Source of the DNA: Tubiluchus corallicola
Taxonomy: Eukaryota; Animalia; Priapulida
Assembly: GCA_030141605.1 (NCBI GenBank)
Contig: JAQGDQ010000415.1
Location: 106,233 to 170,232, forward strand
DNA: 64,000 bases
Direction: 5' to 3'
The position numbers and the translations under genes are program-made. The notes beneath the pieces are model-generated. The model was not told the DNA's origin. It did no database searches and was given only the letters and a program-made list of their open reading frames with translations. Below are positions 25,574-39,365 of this stretch, one piece after another. Within the stretch, counting starts at the first letter, position 1, and every line of letters starts with the position of its first letter.

Positions 25574-26800
25574 TGTAGCAGCTACTGCTCGAACATTGTC
25601 ATCATCATCATCATCATCATCATCTGTAGCAGCTACTGCTCGAACATTGTCATCATCATCATCATCATCATCATCATGTGTAGCAGCTACTGCTCGAACA
25701 TCGTCATCATCATCAATGCACTGCAATTGTTTACTCTGTTTGTTTGTACGACTTTTTTCATCTCAGTGTTCCTACGTATGTAAATCGCATAGCTAACTCG
25801 CTAAAAAAATCTTGCAAGATTTGTGCGCTTGCATTAAGATTTTATTTGCAATGCAAACAATGTTTCCTAATTGAAAGCGATAAATTACCCCGTCTGCCGG
25901 CAAGCTTTGAAAAATTGTGCGAGCAAAGAAAAAAGATTAAAAGCACACGCTTACACAGTCACGTCATGTCATTGGTTTCTTCAATTTGCTAAGTGATCGA
26001 TGAGTTAAAAGGAGCGTTATGAAGCCATTTAAGGCAAAGTGAGATAAACTTGATGTGCAATGATGCCGGCAACGGAAACGGCAAAGTACTTGTTTATTTA
26101 CTGAGCAGTACAGTTTTAGGAATCTACTAGATAGCGTAACGTTTGGATTCACCGAGGCAATGTCAAATTAAAGTGTCTGAAAATTTTTGCACCTTAACTG
26201 AGTTTCGAACCCAAGACTTTCTACTTTCCGGAAAGCTTACATTAACCATTATATGACAGAGCAAACCGAGTTTTTACCTTCAGAAGTTTCAACTATCCGC
26301 CGCTAGAGGTCAAACATCCAGGAATCACAGTCCCCACTGTGTATCAAGATAAACAATACTAATTAAAAAATCTGAAAAATTTTGCACCTCTATTGGGTAT
26401 CGAACCCAAGACTTTCTACCTTCCAGACTGTCATGCTATTCGTTACACCACAGAGGAACGTGATTTAGATATCAGGTAGCACAAAAAATGTGCCGAAGTT
26501 TGATCACGGTGACGGAAACTCTTGAAAATGACCACACTGATGTTACATATATAAGCACCAAAATTTTTCTCTTCCAAGATTATTCCAAAAGATATGAAAT
26601 TTATAATCAAAAAGTCAAAAATAATAATTGATAAATAAATAAATTAATTGCAATTAATTAGATTTTGAAACTAAACTTGAAAAACAGGAAATATAAACTG
26701 ATTCACACGCCTTCACGTCAGCATAATTTTGCCGTAGTGCTGTTACCGTGTTTTTCAGCCTCTCTCAGCTTCTCCGGCAAGATGATAATTTATCAGTTAT

Positions 26801-27324
26801 TTCAAGGAAAACTGGATGATTTTTCATTTCCGATAAAACGTAAACATTTTAACACTAATGATACTGTAAAAGCGTTTTTGACAATTAAATAATAGATTAA
26901 AATCTTCATTAGCTGCAAGCGAGCCCAACTATTGATGACATCACAAACTAACAATATTTTCAACAGCAAAAATATTCCATGAGCGCGTTGCACGTGTTGG
27001 CAAAAGTGAAAATTGAAGTACAGCGCTACTGTAAGATATTCACTGTGTTGTACTAAAACTAGGCAAGTTTTACGATAAAATTTAAAATTTGCAACTGTGT
27101 TCACGCACGAGCTGTCGAACGTGTGCAGTACATCACAAACAAACACCTCGGAATAGAGAGGTAGAGCACTTGTTTTTTCTGCAATGCGTTTCCGAAATGC
27201 GAGCGCTAGTGCCCAAATGCATGTAACAGCAAAGAACTGGTGGCGCGAACGTGAAATTGTGTTTGTGCGGTAATAATTCTTTCACGTAAGTCATTTTTTG
27301 AAAATGGGTATGGTTTTGCTTTAA
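26801..27324 (-). mobile_element. Kolobok-type MITE K2, inverted
   Basis: Reverse complement of K2, ending ggttttgctttaa, 45 bp from the receptor exon donor. Confidence 0.75.
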
Positions 27325-27369
27325 TGATTACATAGTTAACGAACACAAATAAACATGTCACTGACTTAC

Positions 27370-27446
27370 CTCCGTAATTCGGCCGCAGCCTTTTATCATA
27401 GCCATTTAGGAGACTTTCTAAGATGTCCGTTACATTAACGCTCCCA
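27370..27446 (-). CDS. Internal exon (N-terminal helix / YDKRLRP exon) of a Cys-loop ligand-gated anion channel subunit, GABA-A/RDL-like
   Basis: Minus strand ttctttgcag|T GGG AGC GTT AAT GTA ACG GAC ATC TTA GAA AGT CTC CTA AAT GGC TAT GAT AAA AGG CTG CGG CCG AAT TAC GGA G|gtaagt = GSVNVTDILESLLNGYDKRLRPNYG; 77 bp, canonical splice sites. Matches the YDxRxRP motif of pentameric channels (RDL: [24 protein letters not shown]), including the N-x-S/T sequon. Confidence 0.92.
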
Positions 27447-27545
27447 CTGCAAAGAAAGAAGCAAAATTTCATTCACTTGACGCTGTTTTATTCTGCATTA
27501 ACTAACAACGAATTCTTTTACTCTTTTGAGGAAAACATATATCCC

Positions 27546-27563
27546 CTGCTGCTGCAGTTGTTG

Positions 27564-27622
<59 letters not shown>

Positions 27623-27844
27623 ACTACTGGTTCTGCTGCTGCTGCAACTACTACTGCTGCTGCTACTCCTGCTACTGCTGCTGCTACTGCTGCTGCTGCT
27701 GCTGCTGCTACTACTGCTACTGCTACTACTACTGCTGCTACTGCTGCTGCTACTGCCGCTACTGCTGCTGCTACTACTACTACTGCTGCTACTACTACTG
27801 CTACTGCTACTACTACTGCTGCTACTACCACTGCTACTACTGCT

Positions 27845-27875
<31 letters not shown>

Positions 27876-27950
27876 CTACTACTGCTGCTACTGCTACTGC
27901 TACTGCTACTGCTACTGCTACTGCTACTGCTGCTACTGCTGCTGCACTGC
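27546..27950. repeat. (GCT/ACT)n microsatellite
   Basis: Direct reading; 100 bp from the receptor exon acceptor. Confidence 0.95.
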
Positions 27951-28710
27951 TGTTATAATAAACACTGCTCTGCTTCGTGATACCAGCTGTATGTTATACA
28001 AGGTCTTAGACTTGCAATTTTACGCCTCGTTTACTGCTGGAAAGCGTTAACCAGACCTGCGAAGCCCTAGAAACTCCAGAAGTCGTGTTGATGCGGCTGC
28101 TGCAATTCACGAGAGATTCGCTCGATTTCACAACTACGCAGACAGTGCTCAAAAGCGTGCGTGAAGAACTTGAGAAAAGGACGAGTCAAGTAGCAACAAT
28201 GACTCCTTATCTGCATACAGGGCTGAAAAGAGCCGTTCTTATTGCCTGACGGGCGAGTGAACCGAGTGTGGAAGGAAGATAAATCATTGCGAAGATGAAT
28301 TGTGAGTTTGACGAAGCGGAAGTAATAAAAACGGAAAAGCTTTAGTCTTCCTTAGCGGATTTTGAAAGTCTTTCAGAGTCGCTGTATTCCACCGTGAATC
28401 ACGCTAAATCTCATTAAAACTTCAGTATCATTTTGAAAAAATTTAGCGAAAAGAAACGAAATATTTCTATCGTACATCCATAATTTATGTGATAACCTTA
28501 TTTTTGTCTTCTGTCTCCCCCATCGACCTCCTATTCTTCATGTAAAAATATAGGATAAATAATTTATTTAGTTTTATTTTATTTCTAATTTATTTTATTT
28601 ATTTTTTATTTTATTTTGCCGCAAAATAAACTGGGGTGGTTCTGGTGAACAATTTCATACCTGTATCATCATCGTCGTCGTCGTCGTCGTGGTCCTCCTC
28701 CTCGTCGTCG

Positions 28711-28744
<34 letters not shown>

Positions 28745-29657
28745 TATACAATAATCTCTTTAAACAGTGTAAACCTCATTTAACACAGTGCTCATTTACA
28801 ACAGGGTCCAGTGTCAAGTGCAGTGCACAACAGCAATATTAGTTCAAATACTCGTACAACAAATTATTTAGATTTTGTTGCAAAACTTGCCAGCTTGAAT
28901 ATCATACATGAATTTACAGTTTAACACACATAGCTTAAATCCTTGAATTGTTTTGCTTAACATAACTTCAAGTTTAAAAGAAGAATTCATCTTGAAAGTG
29001 TATTTTGACTTGACTTTTACACAATTTGACAATAACGTTTACGAACAGGTAGTTAATTCAAAATTACTGTCCCTGTGTTAGCCAAGCAAGACTGACCAAC
29101 GTTAGTTCGAAGCAAGTTTGTAGACGCCTCTGTGTTTTGATCTGGTGTTATAGTTATGATCTATATGGGCAAAATATCAGCATGAGTATGATGTTTATTG
29201 AAAATAATTTTATGCATTAGTATGGAAAAGTGAATTTTACGTCTAATAGTTAAAGGCAAATTATTTAAGGATTTTAGCATATCAATGTCACGAACTTTAG
29301 AGTTATGTTCGATTACAATAGCTTCATTCTGACATTAGAAACCTAAAATATGAGTTCTTGGTGTCTTTTACTTGAGACACGTCTCATGCACGTTGTCTAC
29401 AGTGCAAAACAGGCAACACTGACTCATTTTTATCGGGAATCACGAGTAGGCTTACTTATTTGAATATGCTTGAGAGCTTGATTAAAAATTCAACACTTGG
29501 TTGGTCGTAGGCGGCCATCTTAAACATCTTTACTCTTTAGAGTACTGCTAGATACAGAACTTTTGAGCATTTTTGCTTGGCTGCAAAATCTGACAATGAG
29601 ATTAGGGCACGTGGTATTGTTATGCTATGGACTTCGCATAAGCATCATAACAAGACA

Positions 29658-31795
29658 TCAAGTTCGACTTCTACAACTCTCAAGAGGTCAACTTCCAGAT
29701 GTCTACAGCTCTCAAGGGATCAAATTCGACATCTACAACTCTCGAGAGGTCAGATTCGACTTCTACAGCGCTCAAGAGGTCAACTTCTAGATTTCTACAG
29801 CTCTCAAAAGGTTATGTTCGACTCCTACAGTTCTCAAGAGGTCAAACTCGACTTCTACAGCTCTCTAGAGGTCAAATTCGACATGCACAACTCTCAATAG
29901 GTCAACTTCTAGATGTGTACTGCTCTCAAGAGGTCAAATTCGACCTCTGCAACTCTCAGAGGTCAACTTTTAGATTTCTACAGCTCTTAAAAGGTCAAGT
30001 TCGACCTCTGTCAACTCTCAAGAGGTCAGATTCGACCTCTATAGCTCTCAGGAGGTCACGTTCGACTCCTACAGTTCTCAAGAGGTCAAACTCGACTTCT
30101 ACAGCTCTCAAGAGGTCACGTTCGACTTCTACAGTTCTCAAAAGGTCAAACGCGACTTCTACAGCTCGCAAGAGGCCAAGTTCAACTTCTACGGTCCTCA
30201 AGAGGTTACGCTCGACTCCTACAGCTCTCAAGACGTCTAGTTCGACTCCTACAGTTCTCAAGAGGTCAAATTCGACTTCTACAGCTCTCAAGAGGTCAAA
30301 TTCGACTTCTACAGTTCTCAAGAGGCCAAATTCTCCTCCTACAGCTTTCAAAGGATCAAGTTTGACTTCTGCAGCACTCAAGATGTCAAATTCAAGTTCT
30401 ACAGCTCTTAAAAGGTCAAGTTCGACCTCTGTCAACTCTCAAGAGGTCAGATTCGACCTCTATAGCTCTCAGGAGGTCACGTTCGACTCCTACAGTTCTC
30501 AAGAGGTCAAATTCGACTTCTACAGTTCTCAAGAGGCCAAATTCTCCTCCTACAGCTTTCAAAGGATCAAGTTTGACTTCTGCAGCACTCAAGATGTCAA
30601 ATTCAAGTTCTACAGTTCTCAAGAGGTCAAGTTCGACTCCTACAGTTCTCAAGACGTCAAATTCGACATGCACAACTCTCAATAGGTCAACTTCTAGATG
30701 TGTACTGCTCTCAAGAGGTCAAATTCGACCTCTGCAACTCTCAGAGGTCAACTTTTAGATTTCTACAGCTCTTAAAAGGTCATGTTCGACCTCTGTCAAC
30801 TCTCAAGAGGTCAGATTCGACCTCTATAGCTCTCACGAGGTCATGTTCGACTCCTACAGTTCTCAAGAGGTCAAATTCGACATGCACAACTCTCAAGAGG
30901 TCAACTTCTAGATGTCTACTGCTCGCAAGAGGTCAAATTCGACCTCTACAACTCTCAGAGGTCAACTTTTAGATTTCTACAGCTCTTAAAAGGTCAAGTT
31001 CGACTTCTGCAGCTCTCAAGAGGTCAAGTTCGACACCTACAGTTCTCAAGAGGTCAAACTCGACATGTACAACTCTCAAGAGGTCAACTTCTAGATGTCT
31101 ACTGCTCTCAAGAGGTCAAATTCGACCTCTACAACTCTCAAGAGGTCAGATTCGACCTCTACAGCGCTCAAGCGGTCACGTTCGACTCCTACAGCTTTTA
31201 AGAAACCAAATTCTCCTTCTACAGCTTTCAAAGGATCAAGTTCGACTTCTGCAGGACTCATAATGTCAAATTAAAGTTCTACGACTTCTACAGCTCTCAA
31301 GAGGTCACGTTCGACTTCTACAGTTCTCAAGAGGTCAAACTCGACTTCTACAGCTCTCAAGAGGTCACGTTCGACTTCTACAGCTCTCAAGAGGCCAAGT
31401 TCAACTTCTACAGTCCTCAAGAGGTTACGCTCGACTCCTACAGTTCCCAAGAGGTCAAACTCGACTTCTGCAGCTCTCAAGACGTCTAGTTCGACTCCTA
31501 CAGTTCTCAAGAGGTCAAATTCGTTCTCAAGAGGTCAAATTCGACTTCTACAGCTCTCAAGAGGTCAAATTCGACTTCTACAGTTCTCAAGAGGCCAAAT
31601 TCTCCTCCTACAGCTTTCAAAGGATCAAGTTTGACTTCTGCAGCACTCAAGGTGTCAAATTCTAGTTCTACAGTTCTCAAGGGTCAAGTTCGACTCCTAC
31701 AGTCCTCAAGACGTCAAGTTCGACTCCTACAGTTCCCAAGAGGTCAAACTCGACTTCTACAGCTCTCAAGAGGTCAAGTTCGACTTCTACAGCTT
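29658..31795. repeat. 30-bp minisatellite, ~70 copies, with higher-order blocks
   Basis: Unit tctcaagaggtcaaattcgacttctacagc; variant blocks recur (for example 29870-30090 and 30655-30870). Confidence 0.95.
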
Positions 31796-31994
31796 TTTCT
31801 ATGCTGTTTCGTATAATAATCCACTGCCACATGACAAAGGTATAATGCATAATAGATGTAAATACGTTTAAAAACTTATTAGCCCTTCATCGATCTACTG
31901 ACTTCTGTACTTAGGTTAATTGCAAGCTGGAGCTACTAGACGTCCATCATTGAGTAGTAAATACATTAGTACTCAAACAAAATTAATTATTTAC

Positions 31995-32017
31995 CTGTTT
32001 AGTGATTTATGATTCAT
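31995..32017 (-). CDS. Weak candidate upstream coding micro-exon (MNHKSLN)
   Basis: gcaccATGAATCATAAATCACTAAACAG|gtaaat: good Kozak context and phase 2, compatible with the 27446 exon. It encodes no signal peptide, so it may be chance. Confidence 0.2.
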
Positions 32018-33925
32018 GGTGCTCAAGCAGATCAGGTCTTCCTCACGCCAGACGTTTAGCAGCTTCTCTATACAACTCATCTAATATCATAAATTATTTA
32101 TAATCTAAATCTCAAAATTATCAATTAATGATGGAAAGAACTTTTTATTATTTAAAACGACACCCATTCGAAAAGAAAGAAACGTGAATACGTCTGGAAT
32201 TAATACAAATGAGTTCCATTTGGCATATTTACTGTTCTTCATCTATGCTGTTTCATAGATCTAGCGAAAAATATCTTGGTCGTGCTTATTGCAAGTTTAA
32301 GTCAGAATCTGCTATTTACATTTTATAACACATACCACAATCCTGGTACAGATTATGCAAAACAAGGCATCATTGATAAATCCTTAGAGCTGATGTCAAC
32401 ATAGCACAATCTACTATCTTTCTTCCTACCATTTCCATTAACACATCCTTCTACCTTTCCTGTGTGATCAAACCTTTCTCCCAGTTCTGTTTTTTCACTC
32501 ATCCATTCTTTTTTTTTCGGGTTCACATGACAGTGGGCTTATACAAGCCTTTGCTTCTCTAGCCCCACTGCGGAACAATTATTCTTTTACGATGGTGTAT
32601 GAAACATAACAATTTAATACAGTATGATGTAATAATTTTGTGTGCTTAATGTCATTATATTGTACTGAATGTGATAATAGTAATAAATAATAATATAATA
32701 AATAAATAATAAACAACAGATGTAAAAAAAATTACGAAGTGTACGAATTACCACGTTTACGAAGCTGCATAACTCACATAAATAAAAATGACGACACCAA
32801 CAACTTAATGTCCCCGTGAATATGAGAATCTGTCAACACTGTGACAGCCAACAAGTAGAAGAGGAGATCCACTTTTTGTTTTACTGCTCCTCCTAAGGTT
32901 AAGACAGTCTTTTTATTCTGATAAAACAGACATCAATAGTAATTTCATTAACTTGACTACTGCTGCTGCTGCTGCTGATGCTGCTACTACTACTACTACC
33001 ACTACTACTGCTAGCATTTAGTAATTCTTAATACCATATTCCATCCTTACCAGTCTATGAAAGACTGCATAAACAAGTAGAAGACGATATTCATTTTTTG
33101 TTTTATTGCTCCTAAGGTTAAGACAACCTTCTTATTCTGATATAACAGACATCAATAGCAATTTCATTAACTTGAACAATAACGAAAAGCTAAAATTCAC
33201 AATGGGGGAGGGGTAACGACTGAGATATAAGCAAAATAGTCTCCCATTACATTTTTAAGTTTTTAAAAAAGGAATAAATAGTACTGACATGTATATATTA
33301 ATAAAATTAATTTTTTCATGATACGCTAACTGTATCTGTGATAAAATTTTATATATAAAGCAGGTGCTGAGCTGGAAAACGCACCTACCCGCTGGCCCAC
33401 TGAACCGACGAGGCCATTCCATAGCGACGGTTTTATACCTGGTATTCAACGCCACAATGCAATGGCTTCGTATGGACGAGACCATCACAATGTAGAGGGG
33501 TGTGGAAATAAATGGCAGTCCGCCCCCGTAACAATATAGTGGAATGTAGCAAGTGATTATATGAGCATTAAAATAGACTAGGCGTTTTCACTTGTATGAC
33601 TGAAATTACATAATGAATATCAAGTTACAATATCTTTCCTGCTCATCATATCTGACAAAATTAATGAGAATTCTGCACAACGAAACGCCCTAAGCTATCA
33701 TTTATCGTCCTAAGCATGAGAATTGGATATCAGTAATGGATCGCCTCATGGCATGTCTGAAGAATCCTACTGGCATCTGAAACTGGTGACAAATTGGCGA
33801 TGTCTGATATTAAACGTCAATAATGTAATTGAATCTCTCAAATGGCTTCTTAATCCCTCGGAAATTTATGCAGTCATTCAGTCTGAAAAATGTTTATTAC
33901 CAAACACGGTAGTCATTCCATCCGC

Positions 33926-34561
33926 TTAAAGCAAAACAGGACGATATACCAGCCCATTTTCAAGTACGATAAAATGTATACATTTTAACAGAAATAATAA
34001 TGCCAAAGCATTTCTGATAATTAAATAGTAGGTTGAAAGCTTAATTAACGGCGTGCAAGCCCAGCTGGTAATGACGTCACACAATTTTCAACAGCACAAA
34101 CACTCCGTGAGCATGTTACACATGTTTACGAAAGCGGAAATTGAAGTACAGTGCTATTGTAAGGTATTCAGTGTGTTGTAATAAAAGTTTAATATAGTGC
34201 TACTGTATAACATATAAAAATTCGGCAATTTTTAAGATAAAAACTGAAATTTTAAAATCACCGCTGTGATCAGGCATGAGCTTTCGGACGTGTGCTGCAC
34301 AAACTAACACGTCTGAACTGAGAGGTACAGCACCTGTTTTTCATGCAATGCATTTTCGAAATGCAGGTGCTGGTGCGGGTCTAACGGAATGGCGAAATGC
34401 ATGTAACAGCGAACCACCCGCGGAAACACGAAATAACTTTTGTGTGGTAATAATTCTTTCACGTAAGTCATTCTCTTTAAAAATAATATGTTTCCTTTCA
34501 ATACTTTAAAGAGTAAATTGTTTTGACCTGCAGTTTAAGATTGGCTCTGGTTTTCCTTTAA
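33926..34561 (-). mobile_element. Kolobok-type MITE K2, inverted
   Basis: ttaaagcaaaacagg ... ctggttttcctttaa. Confidence 0.75.
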
Positions 34562-34845
34562 TAATCAATTCTGAATAGCTCGTTAATAGAATTAATGGAA
34601 TAGGAAGTAAAAAGGCTACGGAATAAAATATAATTTAATTACGTCTAAACGTTCACTGTACGGGATACTTCTATCCATTTTCATCATTGTGCATCAGTTA
34701 CATAAGGTGTTAGACTTACTTGCTGGATTAACTTGATAAAAAACAGAGTAATTCGAATTGCAAAACCCGAAGTAATAGGCTTTCTCTTACTGAAGCAAAT
34801 GTATTTTCAACAATAAAGTAAACACTATACAGTTAAGCAGATGCA

Positions 34846-34965
<120 letters not shown>

Positions 34966-35648
34966 AAATCTTTATTGAATATTATACAATGAGCCCTCTA
35001 TTTGCAGGACACAAAAGTACAAAAATGTTAAATAAGTCTTTACACTATGTACATTAAATAAATTTCTTACTAAACAAGCAGACAATTTTGCATTGCGATT
35101 TACTTATTCTAAATATATATCCAATATTTATAATCAATGTATAATCAATTTACTATAAGATCATTTTGGGTTAGTTCTTTTACAATATCTATATACATTT
35201 TAATTACATTAGTGTCTCTCTTTCTGTAAATGTTTCGAATGTCATTATTTTCTAAGCTGCGTTCGAGATTTATATTACTAGATGTATATTACTAGAGTTG
35301 CTAGACACCAAGGTGTTTATTTATAACCTATTAACTGCAAAGTTTTGAATTCCGAAATGCAAGACATTTCTAGCAACGCTGCACGTTCATTTTGTGTTAC
35401 TTTTAACTTTTATGTTACTCGCTTGTTACATATAAAACCTCAGTACTCTAGTACGTCCAAAAATAAGCACGGGTCAAGTAATGAAAGTCAAATGTGAATT
35501 GTATGATGTAGGATAGCTGATTCTTGGAACCGATTTACATGAAAACGCATGATTTTAGCTTTGCTGTTCAAATGTTGGTTTTTGCAGATTAGTATTTAAG
35601 TTAAGTAAATTTCTCCAAGGAAAGTGGTTGGTATTTTTATAAGGTGAA

Positions 35649-35979
35649 TAAGCGATTTCACAGTTTCACAGTTGCTGTAGATCAAATTGTTAAGTGTACC
35701 ACAGCATCGCGCTTTAACTACAACCTTCACGTGACATGTGGGTAAAACAAAGCCGTCTGCCGCATCAGTTCAGTAACTTCAGTTGTTTTGCGTGGACTTA
35801 ATTAGGCATTAGTCTGTGCATAGAGTGATTTACTAGCAGGATCTTACCTGGGAATAAGAAAAAATGAACTAGGTAAGGTTCTAGCTAGCTGTTAAAACTG
35901 TTACTATTACAACAGCGTGGATTGCGAGGCGTTGTCAAGTGTACATAAACGCGTTGTCTGGTACACTTACATCATCATT

Positions 35980-36042
<63 letters not shown>

Positions 36043-36065
36043 GTCATCAATCGTTTCAACGGTGA
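35649..36065 (+). mobile_element. Same Harbinger-like family, with internal (ATC)n expansion
   Basis: 35695-35968 aligns with 19750-20029. Confidence 0.6.
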
Positions 36066-37449
36066 ATTATTATGAACTATTTTTCGTCTATTGAAGGGTA
36101 TTACGAAGTGGTAATGTATGTATAATAGGTATTCGGGCGTCGACCTATTTATTCAATTGCACAGGAAAGTGTTATTTTAATTTTCGTAATTTTTTTGCAT
36201 ATTTCAGTGTCACGTGATTACGGGAAAGGATTCCTCCAAAATGTCGATGGTTTGAAACTGATAAAGAATTCCTGTTATGCCATAAATAACACATATTTGA
36301 TCCGTAATCATTTCCTCTGGTTCAATAGAGTTCAAAAACAAAGATTAACCACATTAGAAAGTTACTAAAAAATTCATACAGTAAAAGGGTTCCCTGCCCT
36401 GCGCCTAAGCTTCGGGCAATAATGCTCTCTTCGAATTTTATTACTTTCATTTACGAGAATTGTTTTTGTTGAAAATTTGATGTTGACGTTCTTGAGAGAG
36501 CATGCAATCGCACCTGTGAGATTCATAAATTTTTATACAAACTCCCAAACGTTTTTAAAACACTCTCAAGCAAAATTTGCTTTGGTCGTGGAATCTGTTC
36601 TAGTTTGCATATCCGATTTCGTAATAAAGCGAATAAAACAAAACGAAAAGAATGCTTTACAAGCAAGTGTTAATTTGACGTCTAGGTATGATTAAAATAC
36701 AGGCATTCTGGAACTGGGTATGAATAGTATCAAATTACATAAACATGCGTAGCGAAAACAGGCCACACTTAAAGCGAATGTGATTGTAAATCACATGGTG
36801 GTGGTGGTGGTGGTGGTGGTGGTAGTGGTGGTGGTATTGGTGCTGGTGTTGGCGGCGCCAGCAGTGGTGGTGGCCGCAACGGAGGTGGTTTATTATGAAG
36901 GTTATATCGTTTATAAAAAATACGAAATATATTTCTAATCGTTATACTTAAAAGATAACTTTCTCATGATAACAGTTGCCTTTGTCATTAAAGGCCTATA
37001 TAAGTTTTTTAACACATTATTATGATTACACAAAGAATTCATAATTATTATTAAATGAGAGAGACTTATAATTTAAATAATTTACCTTTTTCTGTTGAAT
37101 TTCGAACGCCTGTATTGCCGTAAAGATCGCCATGTTTCACGTCTTCCGCGCGAGTGAGCGAGAATGACGTACGAGGTACAGAAAGCGTCCTTGGTTACCG
37201 ATGTTTGTTTACCAATCTTTGGTGACCTCGTGACTGTACTCATTACGTCATTCGTCTTGCGCAACAAAAATGGCTGTTATTCAAATTTAATACCGTTAAC
37301 AACGAAGTGATAAAAAATCACAATAAACAAGTTTTACAGTGAGTTTATAATAAAATAAATTGAATATTCATAATGACAGCAGGATTTTAACTCGTAAAAG
37401 CTTATATTATAATGAATGTCTAGTTTGGCTTGAAGTTATTGTTGAATAT

Positions 37450-37667
37450 ATTATGTTATGTTGTGTTGTGTTGTGCTGTGCTGCACTGCACTACACTACA
37501 CTACACTACACTACACTACACTACACTACACTACACTACACTACACTACACTACACTACACTACACTACACTACACTACACTACACTACACTACATCACA
37601 TTACTTTACATTACATTACATTACATTACATTACATTACATTACATTACATTATATTATATTATATT
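37450..37667. repeat. Pentanucleotide array (CTACA/TTACA)
   Basis: Direct reading. Confidence 0.95.
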
Positions 37668-37740
37668 CATTTGTTACATGTGTCTATTGTATCCGTACGT
37701 GTCTGTATTTGCTTGTTCTGTATGGACACGTCAGTATAAC

Positions 37741-39034
37741 TTCGGGACAAGAAAAGAGGCACATGAAGTAGGTTTCAGAAAAATCACCTCAAAAATTATA
37801 TAACTTTATAGCAATTTTTCGCACATATCGTACTCGCGTTGAAAGGAATTTTAATTTCATGTTAAATCTCCCGCAATGCAGTTCCGACCGCGCCATTACA
37901 TGACGCCATATATGCACAAACGTAAATCAGAGGAAGAAAAGGAAGTGTTAAACTAGTCCCAAAAAACGTTCGTCACATATCTAAATTACGTAACATTTCG
38001 CTTACCTGCTGGAAAAACACATAAGTAGAAATGATGATTTAAAATGTTTGTGCCAATTGGTAAAATGTCGTTCACTCACCTCCAGGGTGCGCCATTCACA
38101 AACCAAAAACGTATTTTTAATCTTATTGACAAGATACAGTAATTTAAAATTTGACTTACTTAGTAACGTGTGCGCTACGAATGCTCTGATTATTTTTTCA
38201 AACTTTACTTAGTGTTATTTAAACGTGTATCAAATGACTAATGATCAAATTGGCTGTATCTAACGGTCATCGTGGGAGTTTAAATTTACATGTTTTATAC
38301 AGCGTTGTTGCCAACGCAAGCCCTGAATGCAAAAAGGCAGTACGTAAGTGGTACAAAACTTCAAGATGAATTTTTTAAGCTTTATGTAAGTAAAAGGTTT
38401 TCTTCTGCTTCAAGGTAAGATAGAGTTGTGATGAATTTCACCAATATTACGTAATTTTCAAAGCAGGGTCAAAGTTGTGCTCTCGTAAGATCTAACCAAA
38501 CGATCAACATCAAAACGCATTTGTAAATTATTTTAGTGCAGAAAAAAAATCCATTTTTTTATTTTAAAATTATCATTTGATATTCAACTAGAATATTGTT
38601 AGCCAATTCTGTGTACGTGACATTCTCATTAATTGTTTAGCTTGGGCAACTGCTATCCTTGTCAAAGAACTTGAACAACCGTATAACCTGCGCGTATGGA
38701 TCTGAAAGTAGCGCTTACAAGCCGCTCGGCCAAGCGGTCTCTCTCTCTCTCTCTCTTACAGCAACCTGATTTGATAATCACATGAATAAACCCAATAATC
38801 ATTCCAGTAAGAGAAAAATTCCTGTGTCAATAAGATGATATCTAAACTTATTTACAATGACTTATCGTCAAAATGGCTGCATCTAACAGCCATCGCGGGA
38901 GTTTTAATTTATATGTTTTATGCAGCGTTTCTGCCAACGCAAGCCCTACATGCAAAAAGATAGTATGTAAGTAGTCTAAAATTTCAAGACGATTTTTAAG
39001 CTGTATGTTTATGAAGGGTTTTCTTGTACTTTAA
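37741..39034 (+). mobile_element. Kolobok-type MITE K4 containing a ~680-bp templated insertion
   Basis: K4 left part from 37741, then a copy of 46419-47090, then the K4 right part 38839-39034 ending gtactttaa. Confidence 0.72.
38680..38737 (-). mobile_element. Degenerate tRNA-derived SINE head (second copy ~46938-46995)
   Basis: Minus strand ccgcttggccgagcggcttgtaagcgc...gcaggttatacg: clear A box, weak B box. Confidence 0.4.
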
Positions 39035-39365
39035 ATGCAGAAATAGAGAATTTATTTGGCTTCACAAAGACACTCGCTTCTGTCAGTCAGGATAGAAATT
39101 GCGAGTCGCATCTTCTCCATAGACAGCATTGGGATTTGTCTGTTACCCGTTTAAATTGAACGAATGTATCATAAATGATAGATAAATTGCCCGAGAAATT
39201 GAAAATTCGATAAACAGACATCCTGGCTACGATTCTCCGTAGTTCTCCATGCAACGTTATTGTAATCTTTCTGCTCGTGTGGCACCGTGCAAAATTGTTG
39301 TGAAATGGGTACTTCAGTTTGTTACTGTTTTTGCTAAACCGAAAGCAACGAAAAAAACAACAAGG

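Noticed and set aside
29699-30685. 328-aa Ser/Thr/Arg-rich ORF
   Set aside because: Product of a 30-bp unit lacking stops in one frame; frame shifts between blocks and no splice context.
32850-33175. ~100-bp local direct duplication
   Set aside because: Real but ordinary, with no associated structure.
37085-37135. aaacATGGCG...AAG|gtaaa possible first exon on minus
   Set aside because: Phase 0, incompatible with the phase-2 acceptor at 27446, and not hydrophobic.
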